The notes under the pieces are model-generated. The model ran no database searches, was not told where the DNA came from, and was given only the letters and a program-made list of their open reading frames with translations. Shown here in pieces: positions 26,306 through 32,000 of a stretch of 32,000 nt of DNA (the stretch's first letter is position 1; each line of letters begins with the position of its first letter). The stretch comes from Candidatus Korarchaeum cryptofilum OPF8 (GTDB lineage: Archaea > Korarchaeota > Korarchaeia > Korarchaeales > Korarchaeaceae): NCBI RefSeq assembly GCF_000019605.1, contig NC_010482.1, positions 1,350,001-1,382,000 of the forward strand. The letters are read 5' to 3'. The translations under genes were made by a program, and so were the position numbers.

Positions 26306-27127
26306 ATGCATGTGGGCACGTTGATAAAATTCGAGGGAGTATCATTCAGGTACGAGGGAAGCGAGTCCTACGCCATCAGAGACGTGAATTTAGAGATTAG
26401 AAGAGGAGATTTCCTCCTAATAGCTGGGATGAGCGGCTCCGGGAAGTCGACGCTCCTGAGGATGATGAACGGCCTCATACCACACTTCTACAGGGGGGAG
26501 ATGGCCGGCAGGGTATTGGTCGATGGTGTGGATACTAGGGAGGCTAGCGTAGCTCAATTAGCTAGGAAAGTGGGGCTTGTCTTCCAGAATCCCGATAATC
26601 AGATAGTCACTTTAAGGGTAGATAGAGAGGTCGCTTTCGGCCTCGAGAACTTAGGGATGAGCAGGGAGGAGATGGTCAAAAGGGTGAATTATGCCCTGTC
26701 GAAACTCAAGATAGAGCACCTTGAGAGGAGATCCACCTACGAGCTGAGCGGCGGGGAGAAGCAACTAGTCGCAATAGCATCTATAGTAGCTATGAAACCC
26801 GATATATTGGTATTGGATGAGCCGACTAGTGAGCTCGATCCTTTCGGCGCCGCTAGGATAGTTAGAATATTGAAGGAGCTCAATAGAGAGGGGATCACTA
26901 TAATAGTAGCTGAACACAGGCTGGATCTCTTCGCTCCCTCATCTAACAGGCTCTTAGTGGTTCATGAGGGGAGGATAAAATTCGATGGGGATCCCAGGGA
27001 GATACTTTACGATGATCCCCATTCCCTAGGGGTTAAGCCGCCTGGCGTCGTTAAATTCGCGAAGAACTACGGGGTTAAGGGAAGGCCTCTGACCGTAGGG
27101 GAGCTCATAAGGGCTGCGGCGAGGTGA
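26306..27127 (+). CDS. ecfA1: ECF transporter ATPase subunit (EcfA/CbiO-like), copy 1
   Basis: Walker A GMSGSGKST, Q-loop VFQNPDNQ, signature LSGGEKQ, Walker B LVLDEPTSELD, H-loop AEHR. TTG 26321 (TTGATAAAATTCGAGG) mirrors the start of copy 2 (TTGATAAAGTTCGAGG) and may be the true start. Confidence 0.9.
   Translation: MHVGTLIKFEGVSFRYEGSESYAIRDVNLEIRRGDFLLIAGMSGSGKSTLLRMMNGLIPHFYRGEMAGRVLVDGVDTREASVAQLARKVGLVFQNPDNQIVTLRVDREVAFGLENLGMSREEMVKRVNYALSKLKIEHLERRSTYELSGGEKQLVAIASIVAMKPDILVLDEPTSELDPFGAARIVRILKELNREGITIIVAEHRLDLFAPSSNRLLVVHEGRIKFDGDPREILYDDPHSLGVKPPGVVKFAKNYGVKGRPLTVGELIRAAAR
26444..26595 (+). repeat. 152-nt tract identical to 27245-27396 (ecfA1 copy)
   Basis: Base-by-base comparison shows a perfect match at a constant offset of 801 nt. 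Flanking bases differ immediately on both sides. Confidence 0.95.
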
Positions 27128-27131
27128 TCTC

Positions 27132-27929
27132 TTGATAAAGTTCGAGGATGTCAGCTTCAGATATGAGGGGAGCAATGGATTCGCAGTTAAGGGCATTTCC
27201 TTAGATTTCGGAGTGGGGAGGATATACGGGGTTATAGGGCCCAACGGCTCCGGGAAGTCGACGCTCCTGAGGATGATGAACGGCCTCATACCACACTTCT
27301 ACAGGGGGGAGATGGCCGGCAGGGTATTGGTCGATGGTGTGGATACTAGGGAGGCTAGCGTAGCTCAATTAGCTAGGAAAGTGGGGCTTGTCTTCCAGAA
27401 TCCCGAGCACATGTTCTTCTCGGAATCCGTTGAGGAGGAAGTCTCCTTCGGTCCCAGATCCGTGGGGATGGATGAGGATGAGATACGAGATTCCGTGAGA
27501 TGGAGCCTCGAGGAGGTGGGCCTCTGGGAGCTCAGAGGAAGGAGCCCCTGGTCCCTAAGCGGAGGGGAGATGAAGAGACTTTCTATAGCTTGCGTCCTCT
27601 CCATGAGACCTACTTTCGTAGCTTTAGATGAGCCTACCGTGGGGCAGGACGCTATCTCCAAGGACTCCCTGATAAGCTTGTTGAGGAGGTTGAGGGATGA
27701 GGGGAAGGGTATAATCGTTGTTACCCATGATATAGAGTGGTTGGAGGAGCTCGATCCAGATGAGGTCTTAGTATTGAATAGAGGATCGATCTATGGGATG
27801 GGATCCCCGGAGGATATCTTCTCAGATATAAGGGGATTGGTCATGAATCAATTAATGCCTCCAGCCTCTTATCTCATTGAGAACCTTCTGAGGAGGTGTC
27901 TGAGTGTTCGATCCGCTGGGGATGCTTGA
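27132..27929 (+). CDS. ecfA2: ECF transporter ATPase subunit (EcfA'/CbiO-like), copy 2
   Basis: Walker A GPNGSGKST, signature LSGGEMKR, Walker B VALDEPTVGQD, H-loop VTHD. TTG start 4 nt after the ecfA1 stop. Confidence 0.9.
   Translation: MIKFEDVSFRYEGSNGFAVKGISLDFGVGRIYGVIGPNGSGKSTLLRMMNGLIPHFYRGEMAGRVLVDGVDTREASVAQLARKVGLVFQNPEHMFFSESVEEEVSFGPRSVGMDEDEIRDSVRWSLEEVGLWELRGRSPWSLSGGEMKRLSIACVLSMRPTFVALDEPTVGQDAISKDSLISLLRRLRDEGKGIIVVTHDIEWLEELDPDEVLVLNRGSIYGMGSPEDIFSDIRGLVMNQLMPPASYLIENLLRRCLSVRSAGDA
27245..27396 (+). repeat. 152-nt tract identical to 26444-26595 (ecfA2 copy)
   Basis: Same comparison as above. It encodes GSGKSTLLRMMNGLIPHFYRGEMAGRVLVDGVDTREASVAQLARKVGLVFQNP in both genes. 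Confidence 0.95.
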
Positions 27930-28665
27930 GATATTCAGGACCGGTCAGTTAGAGAGCTCATATGCTAGACTGAACCCCTTAGTCAAGTTCATTCTATTCA
28001 TAACATTCATAATCATCCCTCTGATATCAACTAGCTTCCTCCTCCAGCTCTTCTCATTGGTGGCGCAGATCCCCCTGATATTGATGTCGAGATCGGGGAG
28101 GAGGGTAGTTAGATCGTTAAAAGCTTCAACATTCTTCATCTTAATACTAATTGTCCTAAATTACATCACTACAAATAGTATAGTTTTCAGCTTGTCCATG
28201 GTGATAAGGTTGCTCACGATGATAATAGCCTCAGCTATATTCATGAATGGATCGAACCCTTCGGAGATAGGGGATGTGCTATCTAAGCTGAGGGTCCCCA
28301 CTTCAATAACTTTCTCCTTCATAGTGGCTTTGAGATTCATCCCCGTGCTCGCTGACGATTTCATGAACATAATCGCTTCTCAAGCCAGTAGGGGGCACGA
28401 GGTGGAGAGGAGCGGGTTCATAAGGAGAGCTAAGAGCCTCCTCCCTCTGCTGATACCCCTCATAGTTATAGCTATAAGGAGAGCGCAGCAATTAGCTGAG
28501 GCTCTTGAGAGCAGATGTTTCGGATCCGGGAAGAGGACTAGCTATATCACTTATGAGATGGGGCTCATAGATTTCCTCGCTCTGGTATACGCTACAGCTA
28601 TCATGATAACGGGTTCACTCCTGGCGACACTCCCACCCGAGTTTCTACTCCTTCCTTTCCGGTGA
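27904..28665 (+). CDS. ecfT: ECF transporter transmembrane T component (EcfT/CbiQ-like)
   Basis: 253 aa, polytopic hydrophobic protein with conserved Arg-containing coupling segments (IIASQASRGHE, AIRRAQQLAEALESR). It directly follows the two ATPases. An alternative ATG at 27922 reduces the overlap with ecfA2 to 8 nt. Confidence 0.85.
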   Translation: MFDPLGMLEIFRTGQLESSYARLNPLVKFILFITFIIIPLISTSFLLQLFSLVAQIPLILMSRSGRRVVRSLKASTFFILILIVLNYITTNSIVFSLSMVIRLLTMIIASAIFMNGSNPSEIGDVLSKLRVPTSITFSFIVALRFIPVLADDFMNIIASQASRGHEVERSGFIRRAKSLLPLLIPLIVIAIRRAQQLAEALESRCFGSGKRTSYITYEMGLIDFLALVYATAIMITGSLLATLPPEFLLLPFR

Positions 28666-28710
28666 TATGGAGTTGAAGATGTGTTATTTCAACTCCGAGC
28701 CTCACTTAAT

Positions 28711-28732
28711 GGAGTTGATGGAGCTGAAATAT
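28711..28732 (+). repeat. 22-nt direct repeat GGAGTTGATGGAGCTGAAATAT, copy 1
   Basis: Perfect match to 28753-28774 with a 42-nt period. Confidence 0.95.
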
Positions 28733-28752
28733 GAGGGTCTCTCTCCCGGCTC

Positions 28753-28774
28753 GGAGTTGATGGAGCTGAAATAT
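28753..28774 (+). repeat. 22-nt direct repeat GGAGTTGATGGAGCTGAAATAT, copy 2
   Basis: Perfect match to 28711-28732. Confidence 0.95.
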
Positions 28775-28914
28775 ATCACATACTCATTATCATATGTTTC
28801 CTCACAATGAATGTGATATAATACTTTCATAATACTTCATTTTAAAAAGGCATCAAGTTTAAAGGTGGAGTTGATGTCTATCATATTCAGGTCTGGGCGG
28901 AGGGGAAGCCGTGG

Positions 28915-30105
28915 ATGCCGATAAATAATAGTATATTTTATGATACCTCCTATGTAAGCTATTCAATAATCAAGGATAAGAGGGTCCTGAGGGATTCCTT
29001 CATACCAGATACCCTACCGGGAAGGGAGGAGCAGATCTTCCTATTCACCAGGGCTCTATCGGATCTATTGAGCGATCAGCCCCCGAGCGACGTGGCTTTC
29101 ATAGGAAAGCCTGGAACTGGGAAGACTGCTGTAGTTAAAAATGTGAGCGGGAAGTTCAAGCAGGAGTACCCTAACCTCAGGGCTAAGTTCGTTTACATAA
29201 ACTGCAGCCAAGCGTCGACATCTTACAGGGTCATGTACCAGCTGAATAGGGCTTTGGGAGTTCTAGTCCCACCTTCCGGCTATCCATTCGATGTCCTCTG
29301 GGATAAGTTCATCGAAGCTTACTCATCTTCCAACTCGAGGCTCATAGTCATATTGGATGAGGTGGATTTGCTCGTTAGGAGGGACGGCGGTAGGATACTT
29401 TACTCGCTCTCGAGGCTCAACTACGAGCTCGGAGGGGACCTGAGCATAAGCATGGTCGTAATAAGCAACACCCTAGATTTCCTAGAGAGATTGGACCCGA
29501 GGGAGAGGAGCAGCTTCGAGCCCCTGAGGATCCACTTCCCCCCATACACTCAACCTCAGCTTTACAACATATTGAGGCAGAGAGCGGACTTGGGAATAAA
29601 GCTCGGGACGTGGGATGATGAGGCACTTCATCTGATCGCAGCTAGAGTTGCCCAAGAGTCAGGGGATGCTAGAAGAGCTATAGATGTCCTGAGAATAGCC
29701 GCAGAGATCGCGGAGGATGAGAAAGCTGAGAAGCTGACAGTTAAGCATGTGGAGAAAGCCCTAAACTCCGTCAACGAGGAGGAGATATCCGTCACCGTGA
29801 GGACCCTGCCCCTTCATCACAGGCTGATCCTAGCTGCTATAGCTGAGATACTGGAGAGGCCTCAGGTGAGGCCGGGGACTGGAGTGATATATTCCGTATA
29901 CGGTAAGAGGGCCCTGAGCTATGGTGTGAAACCGCTCACGATGAGGAGGGTGAGCGGGATCCTGAGGGAGCTCGAATCCCTCGGCTTAGTTGAGATAAAG
30001 ATGGACTACGGAGGGGCCAGGGGCAATACGAAGGTCGTGGAGAGGATGGCTTTGCCCCCGGAACAGATGAAGTCCCTCCTCTTTCAGATGGGAATAAGGA
30101 TATAA
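28915..30105 (+). CDS. cdc6: Orc1/Cdc6 replication initiator
   Basis: 396 aa with the AAA+ Walker A GKPGTGKT, Walker B VILDEVD, sensor motifs (GDARRAIDVLR) and a C-terminal winged helix. GGAGG lies about 10 nt upstream of the ATG. Confidence 0.92.
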   Translation: MPINNSIFYDTSYVSYSIIKDKRVLRDSFIPDTLPGREEQIFLFTRALSDLLSDQPPSDVAFIGKPGTGKTAVVKNVSGKFKQEYPNLRAKFVYINCSQASTSYRVMYQLNRALGVLVPPSGYPFDVLWDKFIEAYSSSNSRLIVILDEVDLLVRRDGGRILYSLSRLNYELGGDLSISMVVISNTLDFLERLDPRERSSFEPLRIHFPPYTQPQLYNILRQRADLGIKLGTWDDEALHLIAARVAQESGDARRAIDVLRIAAEIAEDEKAEKLTVKHVEKALNSVNEEEISVTVRTLPLHHRLILAAIAEILERPQVRPGTGVIYSVYGKRALSYGVKPLTMRRVSGILRELESLGLVEIKMDYGGARGNTKVVERMALPPEQMKSLLFQMGIRI

Positions 30106-30112
30106 TCTCAAA

Positions 30113-30118
30113 TTTTTT
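30113..30118 (+). terminator. oligo-T tract between convergent cdc6 and PolD small subunit genes
   Basis: T6 run begins 8 nt after the cdc6 TAA (30103-30105) and overlaps the stop codon of the minus-strand gene. Confidence 0.3.
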
Positions 30119-31508
30119 ATTGAAAATCCATAATTTTAATTTCTAAATTCTCAAGATTTAATACGGGAACTTTCCCAACAGTTACCTCTATTCCCAAGCT
30201 CCTTATGTAGGGGGTCTCATTCTCGAAAGTGCCCGAGTTGACCAGCTTGACTCCTCTATAATCACCCACACCGTAAACGTGGACATGACCGGTATGGAAT
30301 AAGTTAGGTGGATTCTCTATTAGGAGCCAATCCCTCTCCTCGGGCGATATGGGATGCTCACCGTAGATTGGCACTAAGTTCCTCAACCTCAAGATCCATG
30401 ACATCGCTTCCACTACCGTTTGCGGGTTCACGGGCTGCAGGCCAGGTATATGCTTCATCACAGCATTCAAGCTCCTTCCATGGTAGAGAAGGATGCTCAA
30501 GCTCCCTATCTTTACCATCGATGGGTTAGGGAGAGCTACTATGTTATGATTGGCATCCAGTAATATATCCAGATAGTCAGATTGGAGCTCAGGCTGGGGT
30601 TCAGCCTGTCTAACGGGCTCATGATTCCCCGGAATGTAAATAACCTTGATCCCACTCGGTATCCTGGAGAGGAACCTGCCAGCGTATTCGAATTGTTTGT
30701 AGACATCTGATATCCTGAGCTCCTCCTCCTGATTGGGGTAGACACCTATGCCATCGACCAGATCCCCGCATATTATGAGGTACCTCACATCCCTCGCATC
30801 CTCGCTCCTCAACCACCTCACGAACTTCTCGAATGCCCACTCATTGAAGTACCTGCTCCCCACATGCACATCGCTTATCATTACAGCCCTACCCTCATGC
30901 CTTCCCTCAGAGACCTCATCGCTCTTGACATCTGGGAGGAGGATGCTCTCCCCATACAACTTCCCATTGACGTAGGTCCCCCTGACCCCTATCACACTAT
31001 CCAATGGTGTCCTCTCGGCGAGCTCCCAAGCCCTGCTATCCCTCCTGAATACGACGTTAACTGTTCCGCTTTCATCTTCAATAACCATCCTTATTGACCC
31101 ATCTTTTGCTGAAATTTTTTCCATTATCATACCTATTATGAAGAGATTGTCCCCATTTCTGGTAGTCTTATTCCTCAGCTCCGCTATGGGTATGGGTTCG
31201 AGATCCACCCATCTCGCTACCAAGGGCCTGAGCTTATCGAATCTCGCTCTGATGAATCTTATGAACTCCTCCACGTTTCCTGAGATGCCTAAGTTATCCG
31301 GTTTCAGGATCACATCGAATTCGATCTTTTCATCGCTCTCAGCCCTCATCAGGGGGAGGATATCCTCGTAATCTATGACGGGCTTACGGGGTAACAACTC
31401 CACTATCCTCTCAACATCATCCATTCGCATCAAGCAGCTCAGAGCCTCAGGCGTTAGATTGAGGCCCCTCCTCAGGAACTTTCTGAGCAGCTCAACTTCG
31501 CTCATCAT
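30117..31508 (-). CDS. dp1: DNA polymerase II (PolD) small subunit DP1
   Basis: Calcineurin-like phosphoesterase motifs (SDVHVGS, CGDLVDG, PGNHEP, HTGHVH) after an OB-fold region. The N-terminal helical domain begins MMSEVELLRKFL. ATG 31508 is preferred over the track's TTG 31526. Confidence 0.9.
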   Translation of the reverse strand: MMSEVELLRKFLRRGLNLTPEALSCLMRMDDVERIVELLPRKPVIDYEDILPLMRAESDEKIEFDVILKPDNLGISGNVEEFIRFIRARFDKLRPLVARWVDLEPIPIAELRNKTTRNGDNLFIIGMIMEKISAKDGSIRMVIEDESGTVNVVFRRDSRAWELAERTPLDSVIGVRGTYVNGKLYGESILLPDVKSDEVSEGRHEGRAVMISDVHVGSRYFNEWAFEKFVRWLRSEDARDVRYLIICGDLVDGIGVYPNQEEELRISDVYKQFEYAGRFLSRIPSGIKVIYIPGNHEPVRQAEPQPELQSDYLDILLDANHNIVALPNPSMVKIGSLSILLYHGRSLNAVMKHIPGLQPVNPQTVVEAMSWILRLRNLVPIYGEHPISPEERDWLLIENPPNLFHTGHVHVYGVGDYRGVKLVNSGTFENETPYIRSLGIEVTVGKVPVLNLENLEIKIMDFQ

Positions 31509-31598
31509 GCGATCGGGGGATCTCAAGTTAAAATCGTTAGAGGGGCATGTGAAACTCCGTTCCCAGGAGGGTTATTCAGCAGTTTCTGAGTAGTTAAC

Positions 31599-31606
31599 TT
31601 TATATA
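31599..31606 (+). promoter_or_regulatory. TATA box TTTATATA upstream of the IS607-type recombinase gene
   Basis: The centre is about 26 nt upstream of ATG 31629, consistent with a leaderless transcript. Confidence 0.45.
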
Positions 31607-31628
31607 GCCCTTCTTAACAATTATTTAC

Positions 31629-32000
31629 ATGATGCCTGAAAAGTTGCTGACGCTTCAAGAAGCTTGTAGAAGGTTGGGAATACATCCCAATACGCTCAGG
31701 AAGTGGGATAAACAGGGGAAGATAAGGGTCGTCAGGACTGTCGGTGGTAGAAGAAGGATACCTGAAAGCGAGCTTGAGCGTCTAATGGGATTTGTAAAGC
31801 CTGATGTATCAAAGAAAGCGGCAATTTATGTGAGGGTCTCTCCGCACGACCAAAAGCAGAAAGGTGATTTGGAAAGGCAGAAGCAAAGCCTACTGGATTA
31901 CGCAAAATCAAAGGGATACGAGGTTGTTGCAGTTTTAGAAGATGTAGCAAGTGGACTTAAAGAGGAGAGGGAATCGTTGAGCAAGCTCTTCAATCTTGTT
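31629..32000 (+). CDS. tnpA: IS607-family transposase TnpA (MerR-like HTH + serine recombinase), N-terminal 124 codons; continues beyond the window
   Basis: My own translation, since the ORF is not in the track because it is open at the window edge: MMPEKLLTLQEACRRLGIHPNTLRKWDKQGKIRVVRTVGGRRRIPESELERLMGF...AAIYVRVSPHDQKQKGDLERQKQSLLDYAKSKGYEVVAVLEDVASGLKEERESLSKLFNLV. The HTH (TLRKWDKQGKI...GGRRR) plus the catalytic-Ser motif Y-x-RVS-x-x-DQ...DLERQ are typical of IS607 orfA. Confidence 0.85.
   Translation, partial: MMPEKLLTLQEACRRLGIHPNTLRKWDKQGKIRVVRTVGGRRRIPESELERLMGFVKPDVSKKAAIYVRVSPHDQKQKGDLERQKQSLLDYAKSKGYEVVAVLEDVASGLKEERESLSKLFNLV

Larger units (their letters stand above)
28666..28914. 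other. candidate replication origin (repeat boxes plus AT-rich block) upstream of orc1/cdc6
   Basis: Seven GGAGYTGA octamers, two perfect 22-nt direct repeats, 13-nt and 10-nt inverted repeats, and an AT-rich block of about 85 nt (28775-28860). It lies adjacent to orc1/cdc6. See findings. Confidence 0.45.
31599..32000 (+). mobile_element. left part of an IS607-family (IS200/IS605 superfamily) insertion sequence; left boundary not determinable
   Basis: Presence of the orfA serine recombinase. IS607 elements lack terminal inverted repeats, so the end cannot be read from this sequence. An orfB/TnpB gene would be expected just beyond base 32000. Confidence 0.6.

Noticed and set aside
26306-27929. 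The tandem ecfA genes as a recent whole-gene duplication.
   Set aside because: Outside the 152-nt identical tract the genes are highly diverged at both protein and DNA level. They are the usual ancient EcfA/EcfA' pair with a local conversion patch, not a fresh duplication.
28711-28774. The two 22-nt perfect direct repeats, considered as a CRISPR array.
   Set aside because: There are only two copies, with a 20-nt interval, no cas genes and internal sub-repeats. This fits initiator or regulatory boxes or a repeat-encoding micro-ORF better.
31732-31950. 72-aa minus-strand ORF at the right end of the window.
   Set aside because: It is antisense to the strongly supported IS607 tnpA reading frame, and its translation has no family resemblance.

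Overview
This is a densely packed archaeal chromosomal segment, coding almost end to end. Gene content (PolD small subunit, Orc1/Cdc6, MCM, exosome and RNase P proteins, e-type ribosomal proteins) and about 50% GC with AGG/ATA-rich codons fit a thermophilic Korarchaeota-like archaeon. That lineage call is an impression, not a database result.

Genes in order:
- 1-5381: a co-directional mcm (3' part), hel308, purB and aCPSF2 cluster.
- 5451-6419: an uncharacterised GTPase and Zn-ribbon pair.
- 6385-8317: trmI and a geranylgeranyl reductase.
- 8507-12565: a small wHTH protein, archaeosine TGT, DUF359 dephospho-CoA kinase and a radical-SAM/TRAM protein.
- 12566-14976: an AT-rich spacer, a large secreted repeat-domain protein with atypical codon usage, then tRNA-Pro(GGG).
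- 15033-16546: a DUF92 and GT2 operon.
- 16497-23374 (minus strand): the classical archaeal exosome superoperon: L15e, DUF54, Rpp30, Pop5, a gap, PsmA, SBDS, Rrp4, Rrp41, Rrp42, L37Ae, Brix, Pcc1.
- 23415-26251: a YchF-like GTPase, a sugar nucleotidyltransferase and S3Ae.
- 26306-28665: an ECF transporter module (ecfA1, ecfA2, ecfT).
- 28915-31508: orc1/cdc6 and the PolD small subunit.
- 31629-32000: the first 124 codons of an IS607-type serine recombinase, running off the window.

Most interesting non-routine signals:
1. The repeat-dense, AT-rich spacer upstream of orc1/cdc6 is a candidate replication origin with non-canonical boxes. It can also be read as a repeat-encoding 47-codon micro-ORF.
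2. A 152-nt perfectly identical tract sits inside the otherwise diverged ecfA1/ecfA2 paralogs, which points to gene conversion.
3. The secreted-protein gene next to the tRNA differs in composition from its neighbours.
4. Single palindromic A/T octamers lie between several divergent gene pairs.
5. There are four convergent 3'-3' coding overlaps.

I found no CRISPR array, no rRNA and no clearly novel multi-gene defence-type system.
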